64,000 bases of DNA from the IMG/VR virus record IMGVR_UViG_3300042484_001802; one strand, written 5' to 3'. The notes below the pieces were generated by a model. It made no database searches. It was not told the origin of the DNA and saw only the letters and a list, made by a program, of their open reading frames with translations. Positions 30,101 through 38,824 of this stretch are shown here, piece by piece. The stretch's first letter is position 1; each line of letters opens with the position of its first letter. The position numbers were made by a program, and so were the translations under genes. The DNA is from a virus.

Positions 30101-30375
30101 TACCATTCATAAATGTTAATACAACAAATGGTACTAGTTTTGGATATCATATATTCCCATCAGTTAACAACACCTATAACTTAGGTACATCAGCACTTAG
30201 ATGGGCAAACGTTTTTACGAATGACTTACACTTAAGTAATGAAGGTAAAGAAGGTGGGAATGAAATTGATGGTACAACTGGTAATTGGACTATTCAGGAA
30301 GGGGAAGAAAATCTGTATATTATCAATAATAAGAATGGTAAAAAGTTCAAAATCAATCTAACGGAAATAGAATAA
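27172..30375 (+). CDS. Fibre protein with two (Ser-Gly-Ser/Thr)n collagen-like tracts
   Basis: Gly at every third residue over about 264 and 251 aa; phage-fibre-type C-terminal domain RWANVFTNDLHLSNEG...DGTTGNWTIQEGEENLY. Confidence 0.8.
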   Translation: MANEFKIKNGLVVSGSAEIENNLIVRGTLTADLVNISLVSSSVLYESGSTKFGNTSDDFHEFTGSLSISGSLNINGTSYTSATSGTSGTSGSSGTSGSSGTAGSSGTSGTSGSSGTAGTSGSSGSSGTSGSSGSSGTSGTSGTSGSSGSSGTSGTSGSSGSSGSSGTSGTSGTSGTSGSSGSSGSSGTSGSSGSSGTSGSSGSSGTAGTSGTSGSSGSSGTSGSSGSSGTSGTSGTSGSSGSSGTSGSSGSSGTSGTSGTSGSSGSSGTSGSSGSSGTSGSSGTSGSSGSSGTSGSSGSSGTSGTSGTSGSSGSSGTSGSSGSSGTSGSSGSSGTSGTSGSSGSSGTVTMTGTQDNGILTLNGSSPNATVESNLRFDGSLLTVVGNETISGSLIVTNDFTVLGSSSILYVTSSQLRIADNIITVNTSNPGARFGGLEVFDSGSINNATGSILWDSVNNRWIYQNSSDAGYGGGMFLSGPRSSGSLGSELSLTSGKIAKSAGGDHLNDSNITDTGTLVSINSNTEITGTLRVTSNLFINGTSYTAATSGTSGTSGSSGTSGTSGSSGTAGSSGTSGSSGSSGTSGSSGSSGTSGTSGTSGSSGSSGTSGSSGSSGTSGTSGTSGSNGSSGTSGSSGSSGTSGTSGSSGSSGSSGTSGSSGSSGTSGSSGTSGSSGSSGSSGSNGSSGTSGSSGSSGTSGSSGSSGSSGTSGSSGSSGSSGSSGSSGSSGSSGSSGTSGSSGSSGTSGSSGSSGSSGSSGSSGSSGSSGTSGSSGSSGSSGSSGSSGSSGSSGSSGSSGAATINSNVNDYVLTATGTAGLIQGESNLTFDGSTLSTSNVTATGTYNTNASSSRNKYNVYSTGASPYAIGMQSAITYGGLNDWGMTFQFNNDSGRGFWWGDEGHSTAQGAMALTTDGRLTVANDVRIGYGESDVTTPTLPLQVYGSGGTIVDIQGSSGQLFSVTDDLTGDIFSISDISGIPFINVNTTNGTSFGYHIFPSVNNTYNLGTSALRWANVFTNDLHLSNEGKEGGNEIDGTTGNWTIQEGEENLYIINNKNGKKFKINLTEIE
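27421..28212 (+). repeat. 9-nt-period coding repeat, tract 1 (about 88 SG[ST] triplets)
   Basis: Degenerate tandem repeat with heavy synonymous-codon variation. Confidence 0.95.
28810..29562 (+). repeat. 9-nt-period coding repeat, tract 2 (about 84 SG[ST] triplets)
   Basis: As tract 1; becomes almost pure SGS toward the 3' end. Confidence 0.95.
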
Positions 30376-30378
30376 TAT

Positions 30379-31011
30379 ATGGCTTTCAATATTGGTGGTA
30401 CAACCCTAAGTAGCTCAACAATTACACCTACAAGTGGATTGTTTACATTATCAAGTACGGAATTATCTGGAACTGGTTATGTAACAAAAGGCACAACAAA
30501 AGCATTTAGTGCTAATGGAAGTACTGGTGGTGCTTATAGTAATGGTTGGCAATATCCAAACAATACTGGGTGGGATGGTGCTGGTAATTGGCAAGTGTTT
30601 ACTGGGTCAAAAATTGGTTGGGTAACAGATGCACAAAGAGGTAGTGATTTTAGCACCTCAACAGGGAGATTTACCGCTTCTGTAGCTGGTTGGTATGTGT
30701 TTAGTGCAAGTGCATATGCGTTAAATGATTTAGCTGCGCCATATAACACTGGTTCAGGTTATATTCACTTACAATTTGCCAAAAATGGGTCAAGAGATTG
30801 GAACAACGGGTATAACCCATTAACGATTTATATGTATGGTGCTGCAGGAGGTAATTCTGGGGCTAGTAGTGGTTATGCAGATGGCGCAACAGTAAATGGT
30901 GTTATGCAACTTGCTGTTGGTGACTACGTTGAGATGCATATGTATATAAACGCAAATTCAACAAGAGTTTATGCACCATATACTACGTTTTTTGGTGCAC
31001 TAGTTGGTTAA
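30379..31011 (+). CDS. C1q-like domain protein (fibre head/adhesin), paralogue 1
   Basis: AFSA...FSTSTGRFTASVAGWYVFS...LAVGDYVE...TFFGAL: C1q/TNF-like signature. Confidence 0.75.
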   Translation: MAFNIGGTTLSSSTITPTSGLFTLSSTELSGTGYVTKGTTKAFSANGSTGGAYSNGWQYPNNTGWDGAGNWQVFTGSKIGWVTDAQRGSDFSTSTGRFTASVAGWYVFSASAYALNDLAAPYNTGSGYIHLQFAKNGSRDWNNGYNPLTIYMYGAAGGNSGASSGYADGATVNGVMQLAVGDYVEMHMYINANSTRVYAPYTTFFGALVG

Positions 31012-31039
31012 TAATATTTATATTTATAAAAAGTAAAAT

Positions 31040-31330
31040 ATGGTAACATACACAATTACATTATCAGATGCAGAAGACAAAGCATTAGGATATGTCGCAT
31101 TATCACAACAAGATTGGATGGAAAATGCAATTAAAGCAAGATGCGAAAACGCAATTCAAGAAATTTTTCAATTAGAAGTTGAAAGAAAGATTGCTGCGGG
31201 TGAATCAATAACTGGTACTAAAGAAGAAATTGTTTTAGCAGCTAATATTAGAAGTGCTGCTGAAAGAGCATCTGACCCACCACCAGACATTTATGGAATA
31301 ACTAATATAATCCCAGATCCTTTCGTATAA
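31040..31330 (+). CDS. Small fibre-associated protein (possible assembly chaperone)
   Basis: ORF track; sits between C1q paralogues. Confidence 0.6.
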   Translation: MVTYTITLSDAEDKALGYVALSQQDWMENAIKARCENAIQEIFQLEVERKIAAGESITGTKEEIVLAANIRSAAERASDPPPDIYGITNIIPDPFV

Positions 31331-31902
31331 TGGCAACATATATTGGTAATAGCACATTAACATCATCAACTTACACGGCATCAGGTAACTCACTTGGTGT
31401 CAGTGGTAATCTTGCTATTACTGGGAACGTTAGTATTAGTGGACAACCAGCATTTAACGCTAGAGGTACTGGTGGTTGGCTTTATAATAGTAGTTTTTCA
31501 GGTGCTGGATGGGGTGAATTAGGTTCTGGAATGGGTTGGGTGTCCACACAGCAAGGCACAGGTTCTTATGGATTTAATAATAGTAATGGCAGATACACCG
31601 CACCAATAACAGGAAAATATTATTTTCACGCATCTACACACTATTACAATGACAGTAACGGTACAGCAAATTATATACATTGGCTTTTTGGTGTGAATGG
31701 TTCACCAAGTTGGAATGTCGGAAGTACTCCATATAACATTTATGCTCACGGAGAAGTTGCCAACTATGCGGATGGTATTAACGTATCTGGTGTCATTAGT
31801 TTAAGTCAAGGTGATTATGTGAGTATACGTCCATATTGGGCTGGGAGTGGCGGTAGATTGTATGCTTACCACACATTATTTTGTGCACATTTAATCATGT
31901 AA
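31330..31902 (+). CDS. C1q-like domain protein, paralogue 2
   Basis: QPAFNA...FNNSNGRYTAPITGKYYF...LSQGDYVS...LFCAHL. Confidence 0.78.
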   Translation: MATYIGNSTLTSSTYTASGNSLGVSGNLAITGNVSISGQPAFNARGTGGWLYNSSFSGAGWGELGSGMGWVSTQQGTGSYGFNNSNGRYTAPITGKYYFHASTHYYNDSNGTANYIHWLFGVNGSPSWNVGSTPYNIYAHGEVANYADGINVSGVISLSQGDYVSIRPYWAGSGGRLYAYHTLFCAHLIM

Positions 31903-31905
31903 ATT

Positions 31906-32487
31906 ATGGGAATTAACGTAGGCGGTACAACATATGATTCAACGATATTCACACCAACAGGTGGGATATTAAACATTTCTGGTAATCTAACTATTGGTAC
32001 AGATTTAAAGTCATCTGGTCAACCTTGGTTTAATTCTAGAGGTGCAGCAGGTGCTTGGAGATATGCGTCAGATTTTGGTGGTGTAAATGGTTGGAGGGAA
32101 ATGGGTTCAACAATGTCATGGACAAATAACCAACAAGGCGCTGGTTCATACGGCTTTAGTAATAGTACTGGTAGATATACCGCACCAGTTGCTGGATATT
32201 ATCTTTTTTACACATCAGATTATTACCATAATGACAGTAATAGTACATCGAACTACATACATTATAATTTTTCCAGAAATGGTTCTTCTAGTTGGAACGC
32301 TAGCCAAAGTAGTCACACAATATATGGTCATGGCACCGTTGCAAATCACGTTGATGGCGTTGTTAACTCATGTATAATGTATCTAAACGTTGGTGATTAT
32401 TGCAGTAATTTAATTTATTGGGGTAGTGGTGGTTCTGGAAGAATATATACTGATTATCACTTATTCTGCGGGATATTAATCGGTTAA
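31906..32487 (+). CDS. C1q-like domain protein, paralogue 3
   Basis: QPWFNS...FSNSTGRYTAPVAGYYLF...LNVGDYCS...LFCGIL. Confidence 0.78.
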   Translation: MGINVGGTTYDSTIFTPTGGILNISGNLTIGTDLKSSGQPWFNSRGAAGAWRYASDFGGVNGWREMGSTMSWTNNQQGAGSYGFSNSTGRYTAPVAGYYLFYTSDYYHNDSNSTSNYIHYNFSRNGSSSWNASQSSHTIYGHGTVANHVDGVVNSCIMYLNVGDYCSNLIYWGSGGSGRIYTDYHLFCGILIG

Positions 32488-32514
32488 ATAACAAATTTTA
32501 TTCTATTTATAGTT

Positions 32515-33189
32515 ATGGGTTTATATAGAGGACCAAAAATATTTACTGAAGGTTTAACATTTGCTTTAGATGCTGGAACCTCAAGATCGTATCCTGGTAC
32601 AGGAACATCTTGGACAGCTATTAGAGGTAATAGTGTTGGTACACTATATAATGGTGTTGGTTACACAACTGCCAAAGGTGGTGGTTTAACTTTTGATGGA
32701 TCAAATGACTATGTTGAGTTAAATAGAAATGACATACTTTTAGGAACCAATCCATTTACATTTGAATGTTTTTATACTATCAATGCATTTAATGGTGGTG
32801 GTGAAATATTTGGAACCTATGGTTCAGGATATTCATCATCAAGTTATGTTTGGATATCTGGTGAATATGGGTTTTATATTGGGGGAGCTGTTTATTATCC
32901 CGGATACCCCCTTGGTGCCGGTACATATTGCATGACAGTAACTAGAACAAGTTTTGGGTACACTGTTTTATACAAAAATGGTGTAGCTGTTAATACCGGA
33001 ACATTAACTGGAAGTTTAACTGCCGGACCAAATTATAGAATCGGTGCTGACACAACTAGTGCAGGCGGCGTTGGTGGTGAGAGATTAAATGGGGCCGTTT
33101 ATTCAATAAAGGTATATGACCGAGATTTTACAGCGGATGAAGTTTTAAATAATTATAATGCTCAAAAATCAAGATACGGATTAACTTAA
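32515..33189 (+). CDS. LamG/concanavalin A-like domain protein, paralogue 1
   Basis: GLTFALDAG..SYPG, FDGSNDYV, LYKNG, VYDRDFTADEV..NYNAQKSRYGL. Confidence 0.8.
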   Translation: MGLYRGPKIFTEGLTFALDAGTSRSYPGTGTSWTAIRGNSVGTLYNGVGYTTAKGGGLTFDGSNDYVELNRNDILLGTNPFTFECFYTINAFNGGGEIFGTYGSGYSSSSYVWISGEYGFYIGGAVYYPGYPLGAGTYCMTVTRTSFGYTVLYKNGVAVNTGTLTGSLTAGPNYRIGADTTSAGGVGGERLNGAVYSIKVYDRDFTADEVLNNYNAQKSRYGLT

Positions 33190-33199
33190 AATTAAAAAT

Positions 33200-33529
33200 A
33201 TGTTAGAAAATAGAAGATGGTTAGTAATACCAACAAGCACAACTGGTTCAATAAATTTTGACCAAGTAAAAGAATCAAGTATTGATAGTTTAAGGTTATC
33301 TGTCGATGGGTCTAAGACGTTTGTTAAATACGATGTGATGGTTGTTGAAACAACCACAACTGAAACTCAAATAAACGCAGAAACTGGCGATGAAATGACA
33401 ATTACAACTGAAGCCGGAATTTATGGTAGACCAGACATATACTCAGAAGAATATCCTGAGTATACTCATGAAGAAATTTTAGAATTATTAAGCACAACTG
33501 AATGGACAACACCAATAGAAAATAAATGA
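33200..33529 (+). CDS. Small acidic fibre-associated protein
   Basis: ORF track; LRLSVDGSKTFVKY and YTHEEILELL...EW motifs, in phage fibre-locus context. Confidence 0.6.
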   Translation: MLENRRWLVIPTSTTGSINFDQVKESSIDSLRLSVDGSKTFVKYDVMVVETTTTETQINAETGDEMTITTEAGIYGRPDIYSEEYPEYTHEEILELLSTTEWTTPIENK

Positions 33530-34752
33530 GTGTAAACATACCAAACATAACAAGCGATGGATTAGTTTTTGGATATGACGCACATCCTAGTAGTAGATTT
33601 GCGCCAGGTCCACCACTAAGAAACGTGTGTTCAGGAATAGGGTTTGGTTATGGAAACCAAAATAGTTCCCTTTTCAAAAAACAGAATTCAACGTATACTG
33701 CGGTAATTCCAGGTGTTGGAACAAGAACAGTATACGCTGTTGAAACGTATAATGATTATAATGGTGGTTCGGGTAACTGTTGTTTATCATTATTTACTTT
33801 TGGTGGTGTAAGTGTTAGTTCTAGTACACCATATACGTATCAAATTATTTACAGAACGAAAACAGATAATGTTGGTGCAAACTATATGTACCACTATGAG
33901 TATGGACCAAGTGGGTATTTAACAGAATACGGATTACATAGTACAAGTAGAAGAACTGCATTAGGTGATGGTTGGTGGCACGCTTGGGGACAATTTACAT
34001 CTAACGCAAGTGCCAATTATTTTAATTTGTATCTTTTTCATTATGAATATGGTGTTCACAATAAAATAGAAGTTGCAGACGTTTCATTAACACCAGGTAA
34101 TAGTATTTTAAGACCATCACAATTCCCAGCACTTAACAGTACACGCGCAGGTACTGCGGCGTTATTAGATTTAAAAGGTAACGCACTTATTAATGCGTCC
34201 GATATTACATATGATGCAAACGGTTATCCATATTTTGATGGTACTAATGATCAAATAATTTTAGATAGCTACGCAACTACAGTACCTAACGGTAACATAA
34301 CTGTGGAGGCGGTTGTTAAATTCACGGCAATGAATGCAAATAAAGTAGTTGTAGCACATGGTGGGAATGGTTCAAATGATAAAGGGTTTTTGTTCTTATA
34401 TGAAAACTCAACTTATGGTTTAGCATTTGCAATCTACGACAATCCAAATTTTGGTTGGGCTAGAACAGGTATTGGTAGCCCTGCAACACAGTACGTGAAT
34501 CAATATATTCATATGGTTGGTACATATGATAATCAATACGTTAGATTATATATCAATGGAAATTTAATTCAAACAGTACAATTTACTGGTGGATTTGAAA
34601 GACAAAACACATTTAGGATTGGTAATGAAGTTAATAGAAGTTATTTTATGAGTGGCGAAATACCTGTTGTTAAATTGTATAATAAAGTATTAACAGCAAC
34701 AGAGATAACAAATAATTATAATGGATATAAAAGTAGATATGGTTTAACATAA
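33526..34752 (+). CDS. LamG-like domain protein with an inserted domain, paralogue 2
   Basis: GLVFGYDA, YFDGTNDQI, HMVGTYD...LYING, LYNKVLTATEI..NYNGYKSRYGL. Confidence 0.8.
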   Translation: MSVNIPNITSDGLVFGYDAHPSSRFAPGPPLRNVCSGIGFGYGNQNSSLFKKQNSTYTAVIPGVGTRTVYAVETYNDYNGGSGNCCLSLFTFGGVSVSSSTPYTYQIIYRTKTDNVGANYMYHYEYGPSGYLTEYGLHSTSRRTALGDGWWHAWGQFTSNASANYFNLYLFHYEYGVHNKIEVADVSLTPGNSILRPSQFPALNSTRAGTAALLDLKGNALINASDITYDANGYPYFDGTNDQIILDSYATTVPNGNITVEAVVKFTAMNANKVVVAHGGNGSNDKGFLFLYENSTYGLAFAIYDNPNFGWARTGIGSPATQYVNQYIHMVGTYDNQYVRLYINGNLIQTVQFTGGFERQNTFRIGNEVNRSYFMSGEIPVVKLYNKVLTATEITNNYNGYKSRYGLT

Positions 34753-36269
34753 TGAATATAGGCCCAAGAAATATTACAAGTGGTTTGGTTTTCGGTTATG
34801 ATACTGGAGGTGAGAATAGATTTTACCCTGGGGAACCAACAACCAACATTTTACCAAGTCCAGAATACAATGGTAGATTTGCTGCTGGAAACGGTTGGGG
34901 AACTTATAATACAAACAAATATTGTGGTAACAATGGTTGTGCGGTACATTGGACAATCCCATCAATATCAAGCGTATCAAGTAATATTATTACAACATCA
35001 AGCGCCCATCAAATATTATCATTTGATGTTATTCAACCTAACGCAACTGGAGGCGGTGTAAATGCTGGACAAAATTATGTTGCTAAAAAAATAAGTGATA
35101 CACAATTTTCATTACATGAATATAATAGTTCTCAAGATGGTTCACAAGGTTATATAAACCCAACGACTGGATTTTTTAAAGTACATGATGCATATGCTAA
35201 TGATACTAGAATATCTGTAAGCGCTTCTGGATTTCCGACGGGATGGTGGGGATCACCCCACTTACCAAACTCTGGTTTGATTAAAGAAATTGTACCAAAC
35301 GGTGGTAGAGTTCCTGGTACAAATTCTTTAAGATTACACGCATATAGACCAGATGGTGTTGTTGACGGAATGGCGTATGGTGTTTACACATCGGTAAATC
35401 AAGGACAAGTAATTACGTTATCATTTTGGCACAAAGCAGCGTCACCAACTTCAGTTGGTCAATCATGTGGTTGGAGTTCATATTTTGGTGGAAACTCAGC
35501 ACCTAGTGGCGGGTTTACCTTGGGTGAAAAATGGCAAAAATATCAATTAACTTGGACAGCATCTGTTACATATGGTTTCATTTTATATTTTTGGCCACCA
35601 GCGTTATCTACTTTTGACATGGCGGATATGCAAGTAGAGGTAAAAGACCACGCAACACCGTTTACATTAAGTTCAAGGTCAAATACAAATGCATTGTTAG
35701 ATGTTACTGGAAACAGAACAATAAATGTGTCAAACATGTCATTTGATTCAAATGCTATTCCTGTTTTTGATGGCACAAATGATTATCTTAGCATTGGGTC
35801 TGTTAATTTATTTGCGATGACAAATTCCACACTAGAAGCGGTTATTTACATGAATAACTTGTCTAGTCCAGACAATTCATATAATATATTTGGTGGTATA
35901 TCTGATGAGGGTTATCATGGTTATCATGAAATTAGAAATAGTGGTAGCGGTTATAAAATGACATATTGGACATCATCAAATGGGTGGCAATATGCAAATA
36001 CGTCTTTATCCGCTGGAATATGGTATCATGTTGTTTGGGTATGGGTTGGAACAACACTTACTTGGTACTTAAATGGTGTTTCTGATGGTAGTTACGCGTT
36101 CTCATCATTTTCACCGTATGGATTAGGTATAAATAGAATTAGTTCATTCCCAAATGAAAGGTATATGAATGGTAAAATACCTCTTGCTAAAATTTATAAC
36201 AGAGCACTATCCGCTTCTGAAATATCACAACACTATTACTCATACAAAACCAGATTTGGAATAAGTTAA
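34752..36269 (+). CDS. LamG-like domain protein with inserted (CBM-like) domains, paralogue 3
   Basis: GLVFGYDT, FDGTNDYL, WYHVVWVW...WYLNG, IYNRALSASEI...KTRFGI. Confidence 0.8.
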   Translation: MNIGPRNITSGLVFGYDTGGENRFYPGEPTTNILPSPEYNGRFAAGNGWGTYNTNKYCGNNGCAVHWTIPSISSVSSNIITTSSAHQILSFDVIQPNATGGGVNAGQNYVAKKISDTQFSLHEYNSSQDGSQGYINPTTGFFKVHDAYANDTRISVSASGFPTGWWGSPHLPNSGLIKEIVPNGGRVPGTNSLRLHAYRPDGVVDGMAYGVYTSVNQGQVITLSFWHKAASPTSVGQSCGWSSYFGGNSAPSGGFTLGEKWQKYQLTWTASVTYGFILYFWPPALSTFDMADMQVEVKDHATPFTLSSRSNTNALLDVTGNRTINVSNMSFDSNAIPVFDGTNDYLSIGSVNLFAMTNSTLEAVIYMNNLSSPDNSYNIFGGISDEGYHGYHEIRNSGSGYKMTYWTSSNGWQYANTSLSAGIWYHVVWVWVGTTLTWYLNGVSDGSYAFSSFSPYGLGINRISSFPNERYMNGKIPLAKIYNRALSASEISQHYYSYKTRFGIS

Positions 36270-36305
36270 TTTTTATTTTCAAAGATTTTTATTTATATTA
36301 CCAAT

Positions 36306-37046
36306 ATGAACAATATTGGGTTTGGTATATTCTGTTTTGGTGAAAATTATTATTACAAGGGAACTATTGAGAAAATGGATAAAATTCTTAGTAGTGGTTA
36401 TTCATGTTATATTTTAACAGATACCCCCGATTATTTCACAAAGAGAGAAAATTTAACAATATTAACTTATCATAGAGAATTTAAATCTTATTATGATAAG
36501 ATGTTGATACCCAAGACAATATTAAAAGAAAAAGACATCTGCATCTTGCTTGATGCCGACATATATGTAAAAGATTATTCATTTTTAGAGGAATTAAAAA
36601 CGTATAATTTTTTACCGGGAATTACATATGCTGAAACCCTAGAAAGACATCCAGGAAGAAACAAAACAGTTAACGATATTGGAATGACTGATAGGGAATG
36701 GACATCATATAAGTTATATGCTGAAAAGATTAGCCCAAACTTTAAAAATTTCAACACAATATGGGAATACATATTGATAATCAATAAGATAGGATTCCAA
36801 CAAGAAAGATTTTACAAAGTTTATGAGAAATTACAAATAGCAAAAGAGTTCTCTGATTTAGAATTGAACAAAGAAGTTAATGGTGCTGGCGAAGGTGTGT
36901 CAATATCAATCGCAGCACAATTATCTGGTTGTGACATTCAATTAGACCCTAAGTTATTTGAAATAGTAAAAGATAAAATGGTTAGTATATCTCGAAGATT
37001 TACAAACCCAGAGTTTTTACCAGATTTTATGAAAGATGATATCTAA
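36306..37046 (+). CDS. Putative GT-A fold glycosyltransferase
   Basis: ILTD and ILLDADIY (DxD) motifs; first gene of the glyco-enzyme island. Confidence 0.5.
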   Translation: MNNIGFGIFCFGENYYYKGTIEKMDKILSSGYSCYILTDTPDYFTKRENLTILTYHREFKSYYDKMLIPKTILKEKDICILLDADIYVKDYSFLEELKTYNFLPGITYAETLERHPGRNKTVNDIGMTDREWTSYKLYAEKISPNFKNFNTIWEYILIINKIGFQQERFYKVYEKLQIAKEFSDLELNKEVNGAGEGVSISIAAQLSGCDIQLDPKLFEIVKDKMVSISRRFTNPEFLPDFMKDDI

Positions 37047-37764
37047 TTCCGACTATATTAAACAATATATTACTAACAACGATGATGTCGCAGTACCTTA
37101 TCGTTGGACTCATGGTGCCACTGATTTACATTTAGGCGACGGTATTGTTGTTTACTCATTAATACAGCATATGAGGGCTAAGAATTGCGTTTGTATTGGT
37201 TCTGGTGGTGGGTTTATACCTAGAATAATCACACAAGCTAGACATGATTTATATAAAGAAGGTATTTTTGAGGGTGATGATAATTTAAGTTGGGGTGATA
37301 TTGGTGTTACTTACGTTGTTGATGCCTGTAATGGCATTGGTGGACCAAATGACCTAGAAAATGAAGAATCCTTCTACAGGAAACACTTTCATCCACGTTT
37401 TATTAAGGACACATCTGAAAACGCCTTTTATAATTTTTTTATTCTTCAGGATATCAAAATAGATTTCTTGTTTATTGACGGTGACCATTCATATGAAGGT
37501 GTAAAAAAAGATTTTGACCTTTATTCCACAATATTATCTGAAAAAGGTGTGATAGTTATTCACGACACTGATGAAAAATACGAAGAATCATTAATAATTT
37601 CAGAAGACGCAAAAAAAGATCATTTCCCCTTTGATGGTCCAGCTAAATTAGTTAAAGAATTACAAAATAATTCCGCCTGGAACTTGATTAATCTACATAA
37701 TTTTCGTATATTACCTACAAAACCGGCATCAACTGGGATTACAATTATTAACAGAAAATTATGA
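37036..37764 (+). CDS. Class I SAM-dependent methyltransferase (Methyltransf_24-like)
   Basis: CIGSGGG, FLFIDGDHSYEGVKKDF, GVIVIHD. Confidence 0.85.
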   Translation: MISNSDYIKQYITNNDDVAVPYRWTHGATDLHLGDGIVVYSLIQHMRAKNCVCIGSGGGFIPRIITQARHDLYKEGIFEGDDNLSWGDIGVTYVVDACNGIGGPNDLENEESFYRKHFHPRFIKDTSENAFYNFFILQDIKIDFLFIDGDHSYEGVKKDFDLYSTILSEKGVIVIHDTDEKYEESLIISEDAKKDHFPFDGPAKLVKELQNNSAWNLINLHNFRILPTKPASTGITIINRKL

Positions 37765-38612
37765 TTCGATTAGTTACAGTTATTGGGCATGGAGTCAAAC
37801 TGCTACCGCATTTCATTAAACATTATCAAAAACATGTTGATGAAATTAATATTGTTGTCTATGAAACAGAAAACAATAGATTAATTGGTAATGAAGTTAA
37901 AGAAATTATTGATGGCTACGAAAAGGTTAATATCGTTAAAGTTGTCAAGGATCGTGTTTTTGATTGGGAAAAGGTCACCTATCTATACAATAAAACAAAA
38001 AACAAACATCCAAATGATTGGTGGGTTATTGCAGATATAGATGAGTTTCATTTATATCCAAACGATGATTTAAAGATGTTAATAACAAATTGTAACAAAT
38101 ATGGTTGGGATTTAGTCAGAGGTGGCTTTATAGATAGAATTGGTCCTGATGGTGAGTTTGTTGAATTGAAAGATGATGAATCCATATGGGAACAATATCC
38201 AAACGCAGGGTTTTTTAGATATCCAATGAGTAATGCTAATCCTAATAAGATTTGTGTTATGAAAGGGTATGTTGAATTAACAAGCGGGCAACACTACGCC
38301 AAGTTAGATGGTTTTACAACATGGAAGTGGCAAGGATGGAATCATCCCCTAATATATGATTCTGGTTACGTACAAGTCCATCATTTTAAATGGGATAAAA
38401 CATCAATTGATAGAATTAAGGATGTTGCAAATGTTAAGCAAGCATATGCATACTCTGACGAATATCAAGTGATGTATGATAAACTAAGAAAGAGTAAATT
38501 TAAGATAGATTTAAATAAATCAGAATTTATGTTTGAATTGGGGCTTAAAACACCAGAATATAAAACATATAGAAACTGGAATAAACTAATAAAAAAAATA
38601 AAAACAATATGA
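37761..38612 (+). CDS. Glycosyltransferase family 2-like
   Basis: HFIKHY, WWVIADIDEF, HHFKW. Confidence 0.7.
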   Translation: MIRLVTVIGHGVKLLPHFIKHYQKHVDEINIVVYETENNRLIGNEVKEIIDGYEKVNIVKVVKDRVFDWEKVTYLYNKTKNKHPNDWWVIADIDEFHLYPNDDLKMLITNCNKYGWDLVRGGFIDRIGPDGEFVELKDDESIWEQYPNAGFFRYPMSNANPNKICVMKGYVELTSGQHYAKLDGFTTWKWQGWNHPLIYDSGYVQVHHFKWDKTSIDRIKDVANVKQAYAYSDEYQVMYDKLRKSKFKIDLNKSEFMFELGLKTPEYKTYRNWNKLIKKIKTI

Positions 38613-38824
38613 GCAAAGAAGTAACACTTAAAGACGAAAAACTTGAGGCACAACTTTTAGAACAAAGAAAAGTTAAATCCTTAGAAAAAATTGCAGCGTC
38701 ATTAGACGCATTAGCCATTTGGTTTGAAGAAATCGATAAGGAAGATTGGAGCAGTAGAATACAATATTATTTATCTGAATTCCATGATGTTGTAAAACCG
38801 AAAGACCCAACCATAAATGGTTAA
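38609..38824 (+). CDS. Hypothetical protein
   Basis: ORF track; coupled to neighbours. Confidence 0.6.
   Translation: MSKEVTLKDEKLEAQLLEQRKVKSLEKIAASLDALAIWFEEIDKEDWSSRIQYYLSEFHDVVKPKDPTING

Noticed and set aside
30379-36269. Diversity-generating retroelement targeting adhesins
   Set aside because: No reverse transcriptase and no near-identical TR/VR pair differing at adenines is visible in this window.
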